A stretch of DNA of 64,000 bases, from the NCBI GenBank assembly GCA_041662125.1, contig JBAZTA010000004.1, positions 343-64,342 of the forward strand. Reading direction: 5' to 3'. Below the pieces are notes generated by a model. It ran no database searches, was not told the DNA's origin, and saw only the letters and a list, made by a program, of their open reading frames with translations. Shown piece by piece: positions 7,807 through 16,388 of this stretch; within the stretch, counting starts at the first letter, position 1; every line of letters starts with the position of its first letter. A program made the translations under genes and the position numbers. This DNA comes from Candidatus Omnitrophota bacterium. Its GTDB lineage: Bacteria; Omnitrophota; Gorgyraeia; Gygaellales; Profunditerraquicolaceae.

Positions 7807-9863
7807 TTTTTAAGTCCTTGTTCTGAATTCAAATCTTTGCCACCGATGATAGATTCGAATTCTGTTTTATCAAGCCCTTTTCCCCACATGACTGTTACCT
7901 GATTTTTTTGCACACCGTACGCGAACAACTCTTTCGTCGCAAGATTCGAGAAAAAATCGCCCCGGCCCTCCTTGAAAACCCCCCGCTTATTTTCCTCGAC
8001 GGATATGCCCGGGTATTTTTTCTGAAGCCACTGTTTTTGCCCTTGCGCAAATTCTAACGCATCATCAATCGTATCCCAAAACGACACAAAACGTATGAGC
8101 CGGTTGCCCTGGCTATTTTCATACACCATAACACGATCACCCTGCCAACCCGAAACGGATTTATCGGAAGTTTCCTTGTCTAACAAGGTATTTAAAGATA
8201 TAAGGAGCGTAAATTCACCAAGGGTAGTTTCATAGATCTTTTTCCATTGCAGGGGGACCTTAACGCTCTCTTCAACAACGGGAACATCTTTTTCTGACGC
8301 TATTTCCCTGCCCACATACTTATGAGGATGCATGATCTCCTCCATGGAAACAGGAGGCGTTGTATAAACAGCATTAATGTCGCTCCAATTGAACTGCCGT
8401 AAATACGCCTGTATGAACCGCGCCCCATAACCGTATACATTATACCGGATATTCTGCTTTGCGTACTGTGATTGTTTTAGAAATTTATCTTCCAGCAAGG
8501 TAAAAACATCTTCAAGATTCTGCAGTTTCTTATCATCCTTGTTCAAAATATACTCAAGCATTACCGCGGTAGCATCCCCCTCTATAAGGGACTGACGGGC
8601 AAACGCCAGGTCAAAATTATCCCTCGTATGAAGGCGGTCAGAGAATTTCTCAATATCGTAGTTTTTATCCTGAAACGCATGCGCCAGCTCATGGACCGCG
8701 ACTACTTCGGCAAAATGAGGAGGCAGCCAATCTCCGATAAAAATCGTCTTTGTTTTAGGGTCATATAACCCCGCGATCGAAGAAATTTCCGCATTAAGCA
8801 TGCTTTCAAGATAATCCGCATCTTGATGCACTAAACCCAGCCATTTCATGACAAAACCTTCATTATCCCTGATTTCTTCAGGAAAATCATTATCCGATGC
8901 TGTTCTTAAAAGCTCCCCGAACGACACACGGTCTTTATATTCGACTTGAATCGTTTCTGGTTTCACCCAGCCTCGTATCTGCATAACTGCCTGCGTCAAA
9001 CCAGGAAGCATTCCTTTAAGCTTTTCTTTTTCTTGTGTGACCTTTTCTTCAACAACCGCGGGAATTGCCGATACAACCGGAACACCGAAATCGGAATAGG
9101 TGACGGTCTGCAAAATATACATATCACCCAGCTTGCCTTCAGCACGCAACAGGCGCGGAAGGAACGTATTGGCATCTACCCAGGTTTTGACCTTGATCTC
9201 ACCAACCACATTCCAATACGTAAACATTTGAGCGCCCAGCCTATACTGCAGGACAAAACAATCTTTGCCATTCCTTTTTTCAACACCAACCAGCTCAAGA
9301 GTTAAAGCGTCAGCCGCGGCTGCATTGATTGAAGCAAGGCTGTTTAAAACCCCGTATTCAACCGCTTGTTGAGCGTCTTTTGCCGAGATCTTCAATTGCT
9401 CGCATTTCCATTCCCGTTTATTCAAATCCCAGGTAAAAGGGATCCCCCTGATCATATACGTTTGTACCCATTGCGAAGTTGAAATACCGTTAGATAAAAG
9501 CAATGATACACTGACTCTACCGGTCGTCCGATAATCATCATGATTGGTAATTTCGCTCTTAAAATCTGATTTGATATGGAAAAGGGGGTTTTCAAGCCAC
9601 GTTTCGATTTCCATGTGCACAGAACGTGCTTTAAAAAATGCTGAGGTGGTTTTTTCCAGGATTTGATACGGGCTAAGTTTAACGCTTACTTGAGGGAATG
9701 AAGAAATTATCTGATGTTCTTTTTGGCCTTGCGCAGCAGTATCCGGTTTAGGCCCCATACAATCAGTTAAATTGATCCGCTGCCAACCGGCAAGTAACGG
9801 TAAAGCAATAACGAAGAACATGCCGACAGAGATTCTTTTTAATCCTGACCCTGTTTTCATCAA
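7803..9863 (-). CDS. Secreted or periplasmic HEXXH zinc-metallopeptidase-like protein (686 aa)
   Basis: N-terminal signal/TM (MFFVIALPLLAGW). HEXXH motif VVAVHELAHAFQD with a downstream Glu (SLIEGDATAV). No closer family assignment is possible by eye. Confidence 0.5.
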   Translation of the reverse strand: MMKTGSGLKRISVGMFFVIALPLLAGWQRINLTDCMGPKPDTAAQGQKEHQIISSFPQVSVKLSPYQILEKTTSAFFKARSVHMEIETWLENPLFHIKSDFKSEITNHDDYRTTGRVSVSLLLSNGISTSQWVQTYMIRGIPFTWDLNKREWKCEQLKISAKDAQQAVEYGVLNSLASINAAAADALTLELVGVEKRNGKDCFVLQYRLGAQMFTYWNVVGEIKVKTWVDANTFLPRLLRAEGKLGDMYILQTVTYSDFGVPVVSAIPAVVEEKVTQEKEKLKGMLPGLTQAVMQIRGWVKPETIQVEYKDRVSFGELLRTASDNDFPEEIRDNEGFVMKWLGLVHQDADYLESMLNAEISSIAGLYDPKTKTIFIGDWLPPHFAEVVAVHELAHAFQDKNYDIEKFSDRLHTRDNFDLAFARQSLIEGDATAVMLEYILNKDDKKLQNLEDVFTLLEDKFLKQSQYAKQNIRYNVYGYGARFIQAYLRQFNWSDINAVYTTPPVSMEEIMHPHKYVGREIASEKDVPVVEESVKVPLQWKKIYETTLGEFTLLISLNTLLDKETSDKSVSGWQGDRVMVYENSQGNRLIRFVSFWDTIDDALEFAQGQKQWLQKKYPGISVEENKRGVFKEGRGDFFSNLATKELFAYGVQKNQVTVMWGKGLDKTEFESIIGGKDLNSEQGLKK

Positions 9864-10322
9864 CTACGCTTCTCCCGGGACAACTGCTTCGATTTTAATA
9901 ATATACTCCCCTTGAGTATCTTTTAAAATAACATCTTCGGCATTAATCGTTATCACCTGTTTATTATCAATAATATCTCCGACTTCATACACCTGGCCGT
10001 TAATGATTGCTTTACTTTTATTTTTAGGCGAATGCATAATCGCCGATACCGTTAAATAATCAAGCGGGATTTGCGCGCTTTTATTTTCAAAAGATGATTC
10101 CTCATCTGTGCTTAAAAAAGGGTTCTGCCGGGGCAACGCGTCAAAATAAGAAGACTGCGGCGCCTGCACCGGAGCATCACCTGTTACCGCAAGAGCGGCC
10201 TTCTTTTTTGGTTTTGGCTCAGAAGACTGATCTGCCAAATGCCCTATTTCAGTTTCAGAGCTGCAGCCTCCGCAAGAAAAAGCAAACAATAAAATAAGCG
10301 AAAGGATCCTTATCTTATTCAA
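9864..10322 (-). CDS. PilP/GspC-HR-like lipoprotein
   Basis: Lipobox LFAFSCGGCSS. C-terminal beta-domain pattern AIINGQVYEVGDIIDNKQVITINAEDVILKD resembles PilP and the GspC HR domain, and is paralogous to 19885-20355. Starts with TTG at 10322, overlapping the upstream HTH gene by 8 nt. Confidence 0.55.
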   Translation of the reverse strand: MNKIRILSLILLFAFSCGGCSSETEIGHLADQSSEPKPKKKAALAVTGDAPVQAPQSSYFDALPRQNPFLSTDEESSFENKSAQIPLDYLTVSAIMHSPKNKSKAIINGQVYEVGDIIDNKQVITINAEDVILKDTQGEYIIKIEAVVPGEA

Positions 10323-10506
10323 TGCTGCCCCTTATAATCTTACTTAACTCATTAAGGTTCTGTTGGCTATATTGCCGCCAATGATTAATCGAATTGCGTT
10401 TTGGCTTTGGGAAAATCCCTTTTCTTTCGTAGCGGAAAAGGGTTTGTTTGGAAATCCCAAGTTTTTCCGCGGCCTCCTTAGCAGTATATATTATTTCTTG
10501 ATCCAT
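10315..10506 (-). CDS. Small excisionase/MerR-type HTH DNA-binding protein (63 aa)
   Basis: YTAKEAAEKLGISKQTLFRYERKGIFPKPKRNSINHWRQYSQQNL fits the Xis/AlpA-type helix-turn-helix pattern. It is a paralog of the N-terminal domain of 25688-26341. The C-terminal tail KIIRGSIE resembles a truncated prepilin leader. Confidence 0.65.
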   Translation of the reverse strand: MDQEIIYTAKEAAEKLGISKQTLFRYERKGIFPKPKRNSINHWRQYSQQNLNELSKIIRGSIE

Positions 10507-10692
10507 ATGCTGTAACTAATTGTGACACAGCTAACAACGCTTAAAAAAGCTTACATAAATAACCAAGTTTTACCTAACCATACCTGATACTATTTGATGA
10601 TACTTTAAACTATTAGATATAAATTGTCAAGAATTATATTTTTTCCTATAGTATCGTAAGTTTTTGCCACACAAATATATTCAACAAATCCC
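10507..10692 (-). promoter_or_regulatory. AT-rich promoter region of the HTH-led secretin operon
   Basis: The minus strand contains cTTGACAa (complement of 10626-10633) with AT-rich -10-like hexamers 16-17 bp downstream. This is the largest intergenic gap in the pilus region. Confidence 0.4.
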
Positions 10693-11526
10693 TTAAACCC
10701 GCGCAAGCTTCAAGAGTTTACTCTTGCTATCCTCAGAAATTTCTGAGAATTTTATACCTAAATAATACCGCTGTCTTTCCTGAATATTGCAATAAACAAT
10801 CTCTCCCTGAACCGCAATAACCTCATCACCGATCCCGGGATTCGGCCTAAATTCTATATCCACCGTAAGGCCTTTAGGCAGAAATAAGCATACCTGTAAA
10901 CTAACAGCTTTCCCGGATTCCGATATATTACAGGACACCCCCTCAACAGAAAGAATAGAACGCAATTGCACTTCTGTTCCTGCAAAGATAACACGCACAG
11001 GAACAGTTAAACTGCGGCGGCCTGATTCCCTGCGAAACGGTACCCCTTGTAAAGGATTTTTCTTGAATAATAACTTCTCCAGTTTAAAAAAATCTGCTTG
11101 CGGGCCGTAATATAAATCAAGCGCTTGCAGGATAGCGCGGGGAGAAGCAATCAACGGCTCTATCGTTGCCCCGCTCAGAGAAGCTATGCGGTCAAGTAAC
11201 GCAGTATCAAAAGGGTCCCCGCAAGCCACATACAACGTATTCTTTATTTTAAATAACGGGATACACTCATACTCCCGGCAAAAAGATTCGCTTAACCCTT
11301 GGAAGACATGCGCGCTAATTTTATAGTCCGGAATAGTTACGTAATTGACCGCGCTTTCCTGTGAGAAAAATACAAAAATATCTTCTTCGGTAAGATACTC
11401 CAGCTTTACCAACACACTCCAAATGGACCTGCCTAACTTCAACGCTTCCTGCTTGGCGTCAAGCAGTTGTTGCGAAGTAATCAACGTACTGCGGACAAGC
11501 TTCAACTCAAACTCTTCCATCGGCAA
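10693..11526 (-). CDS. MshEN (T2SSE_N)-PilZ two-domain c-di-GMP effector
   Basis: The N-terminal 140 aa is GSPII_E-N-like (LITSQQLLDAKQEALKLG...ACGDPFD...DLYYG). The C-terminus is a PilZ fold with RRESGRRS (RxxxR) and CNISESGKAV (D/NxSxxG). Confidence 0.7.
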   Translation of the reverse strand: MPMEEFELKLVRSTLITSQQLLDAKQEALKLGRSIWSVLVKLEYLTEEDIFVFFSQESAVNYVTIPDYKISAHVFQGLSESFCREYECIPLFKIKNTLYVACGDPFDTALLDRIASLSGATIEPLIASPRAILQALDLYYGPQADFFKLEKLLFKKNPLQGVPFRRESGRRSLTVPVRVIFAGTEVQLRSILSVEGVSCNISESGKAVSLQVCLFLPKGLTVDIEFRPNPGIGDEVIAVQGEIVYCNIQERQRYYLGIKFSEISEDSKSKLLKLARV

Positions 11527-11530
11527 TGCG

Positions 11531-12103
11531 CTATCCTTTTTCTTGCTGAGGGTAATACTTTTTTATAAAATCAGCCAGGTTTTCCGAAATCTTCTGTTCT
11601 TCAATAATATACATGCCTCCCTTAGTTAACTCTTCCGGAGATACCTGCGGGTACTTTTTCTGCATTGCTTCAAGCCATTCTGCCTGCTGACGGGCAATTT
11701 TCAGCAATACCCGGTTATCGCGGACCACATCAAAATAATCAAGCGACTGCTTCACGATCATTTTCAATTCTTCGTTTTCCCAGGGTTTGGTAATAAAGCG
11801 GTATACCTGCCCCTTATTGATTGCCTGAATAGCAGCTTCCAGGTCAGGATACCCGGTAAAAAGGATACGGATCGAATCAGGATAGAGCTGTTTAACTTTA
11901 ACCAGAAAATCAACGCCCTGGCCGTCTGGCAGGCGGTTGTCGGAAATGACTAAATCCACACCTCCTAAACTCTTGAGTTTATCAAGGCCTTCCTGAACAC
12001 AACCAGCAATATTTATATCCCTGTCTTCAGCGCGCAGCAGCCTGCTTAAACTGCTTAAAATATTCTGCTCATCATCAACGATTAAAATAGTATGGTTAGG
12101 CAT
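11531..12103 (-). CDS. Response regulator receiver (CheY-like REC) with short C-terminal extension
   Basis: ILIVDDEQNI...DLVISDNRLPDGQGVDFLVKVK...FTGYPD...ITKPW: phospho-acceptor Asp and conserved REC motifs. Confidence 0.85.
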   Translation of the reverse strand: MPNHTILIVDDEQNILSSLSRLLRAEDRDINIAGCVQEGLDKLKSLGGVDLVISDNRLPDGQGVDFLVKVKQLYPDSIRILFTGYPDLEAAIQAINKGQVYRFITKPWENEELKMIVKQSLDYFDVVRDNRVLLKIARQQAEWLEAMQKKYPQVSPEELTKGGMYIIEEQKISENLADFIKKYYPQQEKG

Positions 12104-12455
12104 TCTTTTGCTCCTCTAAATTTTTAACATAGTGATCGATATACTCCTTTCCGGAAGACGGAAAGATTTTTGTAAACATGACCCCCATGCCCGCCGCCTC
12201 TGAGCCACCCGCGGGCCTGCTCCACTGCACTATCCCTTCCGCATGAATGATCTTCTTTTCTTTGCCGCCTTCATCAAACTCAAACATGACCTCGATCTTG
12301 GCATTAGCCGGCTCTACCTTATCGGTTGAAACAAACATCCCTCCCGCGGAAATATCGCGGGTTTCGACATACTGCCAAAAACTTTTTCCTCTGACCTCTA
12401 CTCGTAGCTTAACAAACGCCCGCTTATATTGCCTTTTTTCGTCAAAAGCCCCCAT
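12096..12455 (-). CDS. Standalone PilZ-domain protein
   Basis: RQYKRAFVKL (RxxxR) and DISAGGMFV (DxSxxG) motifs. Confidence 0.75.
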   Translation of the reverse strand: MGAFDEKRQYKRAFVKLRVEVRGKSFWQYVETRDISAGGMFVSTDKVEPANAKIEVMFEFDEGGKEKKIIHAEGIVQWSRPAGGSEAAGMGVMFTKIFPSSGKEYIDHYVKNLEEQKNA

Positions 12456-12528
12456 CGTTTCTCCTGGTTATTGTATACGTTTCCCCAACCCCGTCCTTGC
12501 GCGCTTTAAAAAACTAAAACAATCTTAA

Positions 12529-13380
12529 TCATGACCCTTGAGGCGCCCTCGGCAATTGCACCACAAACGTTGTCCCTGCTCCAACAGTACTCTCCACCTT
12601 CACATCGCCGCCATGATGCTTAACAATATTATAGCTGACTGACAACCCAAGCCCCGTGCTTTTTTTGGTCGAGAAGAACGGATCGAAGATCTTCGGCAAG
12701 ACATCTTTTGCGATGCCAGTTCCGGTATCAATTACTTTAACATATACATTCCTGGCATCTTCATAGGTGCTCATCGTGATCGTCCCTTTATCAACGATAG
12801 CCTGGCTGGCATTAATCAACAGATTAAGGAAAACTTGAGACAATTGCGTCGTATCTGCCAATATCTTGGATTTTGCCTGATAGTCTTTTATGACCGTCAC
12901 CTTATACTTTATCTCATTCCAGACGATCGCAAGCACCGACTCCAGGACATGATTAATCTCAACCGCAGCATTCTGCGTCTCGCTTCTGCGGGAGAAAGTA
13001 CGCAGGTCAGAGACGATTTTCTTGATACGTACCGCCCCGTCAAGCGACTCCTGGTTCATCGCCTTCATGTCTTCGATCAATACCTTATTTTCTTTTTCCG
13101 TTAAAGAAATCTTTCCCTCGATCTGCTGGGTATAATCTTTAAGGCTTTGCAGGTTGCTGATTAGAAAACCGAGCGGATTATTGATCTCATGCGCGATACC
13201 CGCAGCCAACGTTCCCAAGGAAGCCATCTTTTCCATATGCACGATCTGAGCTTCGGCATCTTTTACAAGCTTTGTTTTCTCATCGACTTTTTTCTTCCAA
13301 AAGCTGTTCATGACAACGGTATATACCACGCAGGCAATAACGCTGATCGCGATCACTATGAGCATTCCCCCGATATTCAT
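12529..13380 (-). CDS. Sensor histidine kinase (TM anchor + DHp + HATPase_c, no sensor domain)
   Basis: N-terminal TM helix. H-box HEINNPLGF. N, G1 and G2 boxes (LLINASQA, IDTGTGIAKD, GLGLSVS). Confidence 0.85.
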   Translation of the reverse strand: MNIGGMLIVIAISVIACVVYTVVMNSFWKKKVDEKTKLVKDAEAQIVHMEKMASLGTLAAGIAHEINNPLGFLISNLQSLKDYTQQIEGKISLTEKENKVLIEDMKAMNQESLDGAVRIKKIVSDLRTFSRRSETQNAAVEINHVLESVLAIVWNEIKYKVTVIKDYQAKSKILADTTQLSQVFLNLLINASQAIVDKGTITMSTYEDARNVYVKVIDTGTGIAKDVLPKIFDPFFSTKKSTGLGLSVSYNIVKHHGGDVKVESTVGAGTTFVVQLPRAPQGS

Positions 13381-13457
13381 CTGCTTAACCCGCCCCTTCC
13401 CTATCCCGGCAGCAGGATATCTTCACCCGGCCGGGTCTCTTGTATGGTATCTATTCC

Positions 13458-14696
13458 CTAGTTCCCTTTAATAACGCGGATCATATTCCACAACGGCAGG
13501 AATATTGCCAACGCCATCCCGATAACCACCATTCCCAAGACCGCGGTCATCACCGGCTCGATCATCGTCGTTAGGTTTTTTATCGCATTCTTTACTTCCA
13601 AAGTAAAATATTCACACAATGAATCAAGCATGAGCGGCAACGCACCGCTCTTTTCTCCCACGGAGATCATGTAACCGACCAGGCGGGGGAAAAATTTACT
13701 GTTCAATACCGCTCCGGAAATACCCTTTCCGTCGGCAACATCGCGTTTAATAGCTTCGATCTCTTTTGCCAAAACAACATTGCCCAGCGTCATTCCGACG
13801 ATATCGATCGTATTGAGCACCGGCAAGCCCGCCTGATACAAAACACTTAACATCGAGGCAAAACGCAACATCGTTATTTTCGTATATACCTTTCCATAAA
13901 TATAGATCTTAAATTTTAAGCCATCCCAAAGGAACCTGCCTGAAGCGGTATTAATATACCACTTCACGAAAACAACTAATCCGATTATCGCCGGGAAGAG
14001 GATATACCAATAATACCGCAAGGTATCGCTGATAACGATCATCACCTGTGTCGGCAGGGGAAGATCGACTTTTGCTGCTTTATAGATCTGGGCGAACTGC
14101 GGAATAACAAAGATCGAAAGCACACAGACCGCGATTACCAGCGAGATCACGACCATTAACGGGTAACGCAGCGCTGCTTTGATATTCGTCTGGGTCTCTA
14201 AATCTTCTTCCAGCATATGCGCCAGGCGCAGCAAAACCTTTTCTAAAACGCCCGCGCTTTCCCCGGCGATCACCGTATTCACGTACAAGTCGGAAAAAAC
14301 ACCCGGGTGCTTCGCCATAGCCTGAGATAAACTTGATCCCCCTTCCACATCGCGCACCACCTGATGCAGGGCGTCTTTGAGCACGGGATCCTCGCATTGT
14401 TCCCCTAAAGCGGTTAACCCTTCCAGGATAGGAACCGCGGCTTTTATGATTGTGGCGAACTGCCGCGAGAAAATAACCAGCGACTCTATTTTTACTTTTT
14501 TTGACTGAGCAAAAAGCCCCCCAGACGAAACCCTTGATTTGGAGATCGAAGCATCTTTGGCTTTAACGCTGACATTGACCGGAATATACCCCATCTTCGC
14601 CAGCTTCGTCGTCAACTCCACTTCAGTTGAAGCGTCCATTTCGCCTTTAACAAGTTTTCCGTCTGAATCGACTGCCCGATATGCGTACGTTGACAT
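13458..14696 (-). CDS. pilC: Type IV pilus / T2SS inner-membrane platform protein PilC/GspF
   Basis: About 400 aa with duplicated T2SSF domains and three TM segments. Conserved motifs: FSRQFATIIKAAVPIL..L and GEKSGALPLMLDSL. Confidence 0.9.
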   Translation of the reverse strand: MSTYAYRAVDSDGKLVKGEMDASTEVELTTKLAKMGYIPVNVSVKAKDASISKSRVSSGGLFAQSKKVKIESLVIFSRQFATIIKAAVPILEGLTALGEQCEDPVLKDALHQVVRDVEGGSSLSQAMAKHPGVFSDLYVNTVIAGESAGVLEKVLLRLAHMLEEDLETQTNIKAALRYPLMVVISLVIAVCVLSIFVIPQFAQIYKAAKVDLPLPTQVMIVISDTLRYYWYILFPAIIGLVVFVKWYINTASGRFLWDGLKFKIYIYGKVYTKITMLRFASMLSVLYQAGLPVLNTIDIVGMTLGNVVLAKEIEAIKRDVADGKGISGAVLNSKFFPRLVGYMISVGEKSGALPLMLDSLCEYFTLEVKNAIKNLTTMIEPVMTAVLGMVVIGMALAIFLPLWNMIRVIKGN

Positions 14697-14722
14697 ATTT
14701 TACGATGCCTTTTTAGCCTGCT

Positions 14723-16387
14723 TTACAACTGCTCCGAGGAAACCCTTGAGATTTCTTCAATAGTAGTTACCCCTAACAAGACTTTCGATAACCCGTCTTC
14801 GCTTAAAAGTTTCATGCCGTTTTCCTGCCCTTTTTTACGCAAAGCAAGCGCGGATGCCTGCTGCACGATCATCTCTCTCATTTCATCACTGATCACCAAC
14901 AATTCAAAGATGCCGGCCCGGCCGCGGTAACCAGTGCCTTTACAACTGTCGCATCCTTTCCCGTGATATAATGTCACGTTCGAGGCGTTCGTCAAGCCCC
15001 ATTTTTCTAAGATAACTTTTGACGGCTGATACGGCTCTTTACAATTCTCGCAGATCTTCCTGACAAGCCGCTGCGCCATGACGCCGATTAAACAAGCGGA
15101 AATGAGAAACGGTTCAACTCCCATATTGACGAGCCGGGTCACTGCGGAAGGAGCATCATTGGTATGAAGCGTCGAGAACACTAAATGGCCGGTCAACGCT
15201 GCCTGGACAGCAATAACGGCAGTTTCTAAATCCCTGATTTCCCCCACCATAATCACGTCAGGATCCTGACGCAGTATAGCGCGCAAGCCATTGGCGAAAG
15301 TGATGCCGGCTTTTGCGTTAACCTGGATCTGCCGGATAAGCCCTAAACGATATTCCACAGGGTCTTCAATCGTAATAATGTGCCGGTCGATCGTATTGAT
15401 CGTGGTGAGCGCGGAATAGAGCGTGGTCGTCTTACCGCTTCCCGTCGGACCGGTTGAAAGGATGATGCCGTATGGCTTGGAGATCAAGCCCCGGTAACGA
15501 TCCAGGTCTGTCTGTGTCGCAAAACCCAACCGTTCCAGGCCGATCCTGACTGAAGCGGTATCCAAAAGCCTCATAACCAGGTTCTCTCCGTAAATAGTCG
15601 GAATAGTCGAAACACGGAAATCAATGATCTTTTCATCTACCTTAACCTGGAAATGGCCGTCCTGCGGGACCCTGCTTTCAGCAATATCCATCCCCGCTAA
15701 CACCTTCAAACGGGAAAGGATCGCCGGTTCCCATTCTTTGGGAGGAGAAGGGATCTCGTGCATAATACCATCGATACGGAAGCGTATGCGGGTCATATCC
15801 TGTTCGGGCTCAATGTGAATATCTGAGGCCCGGTCATGGACTGCCTGAGCAATAACCAAATCTACCAACTTAATAATTGAGGTGCCTTCCGAACGTGACT
15901 CTTTGGAAGGGGCAGACTCTTTGGTATTTAACCCCTCAAGCAAGTTTTTAGTAATCTTGCGCTCAACATATAAACGCTGCTGCGCGTCTGCGATATCCTG
16001 AGTGCCGGCATAATAAACTTCAATAGGCATCCCGGTATGCATCTGTATCTGGTCAATGGCGTATAAATCATTCGGGTCAGCCATGGCAACGCGCAGCGTA
16101 TTATTATCGATCTTAACCGGAATTGACTGTGTCTGGCGGGCTAACCCTTCCGGCACGGTTTTAATGAGCTCCTCGTCAAACTCGATATTTTCCAGGCTCA
16201 CATACTTAAAACCCAGCGATCGGGCGATAGTTTCATGCAAGAGAGGGCGGGAAACAATATTCATATCAACCAGGACTTTATCCAGCGGCCGCTTTAACAT
16301 TTTCATTTCCTGGCTTGCCCTGTCTATGTCCGCCTGATTAACCAATCCCGAGCTTAACAATAATCCTTCCAGATCTTTATCATTCAT
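14723..16387 (-). CDS. pilB: PilB/GspE-family assembly ATPase (second copy)
   Basis: N-terminal GSPII_E-N domain. Walker A GPTGSGKTTTLYSAL. C-terminal CxxC...CxxC (CENC...CDSC). Confidence 0.9.
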   Translation of the reverse strand: MNDKDLEGLLLSSGLVNQADIDRASQEMKMLKRPLDKVLVDMNIVSRPLLHETIARSLGFKYVSLENIEFDEELIKTVPEGLARQTQSIPVKIDNNTLRVAMADPNDLYAIDQIQMHTGMPIEVYYAGTQDIADAQQRLYVERKITKNLLEGLNTKESAPSKESRSEGTSIIKLVDLVIAQAVHDRASDIHIEPEQDMTRIRFRIDGIMHEIPSPPKEWEPAILSRLKVLAGMDIAESRVPQDGHFQVKVDEKIIDFRVSTIPTIYGENLVMRLLDTASVRIGLERLGFATQTDLDRYRGLISKPYGIILSTGPTGSGKTTTLYSALTTINTIDRHIITIEDPVEYRLGLIRQIQVNAKAGITFANGLRAILRQDPDVIMVGEIRDLETAVIAVQAALTGHLVFSTLHTNDAPSAVTRLVNMGVEPFLISACLIGVMAQRLVRKICENCKEPYQPSKVILEKWGLTNASNVTLYHGKGCDSCKGTGYRGRAGIFELLVISDEMREMIVQQASALALRKKGQENGMKLLSEDGLSKVLLGVTTIEEISRVSSEQL

Positions 16388-16388
16388 C

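Noticed and set aside
8946-9305. Plus-strand 119-aa ORF inside the HEXXH gene, and similar plus-strand ORFs (e.g. 35016-35537, 38569-39237, 57963-58667)
   Set aside because: These are antisense to well-supported minus-strand genes with clear family motifs. They have no RBS or start context and no recognisable domains.
14080-14397. 105-aa Arg/Gly-rich minus-strand ORF inside pilC
   Set aside because: Alternate-frame ORF wholly inside the well-supported PilC gene. The composition is an artefact of reading GC-rich codons out of frame.
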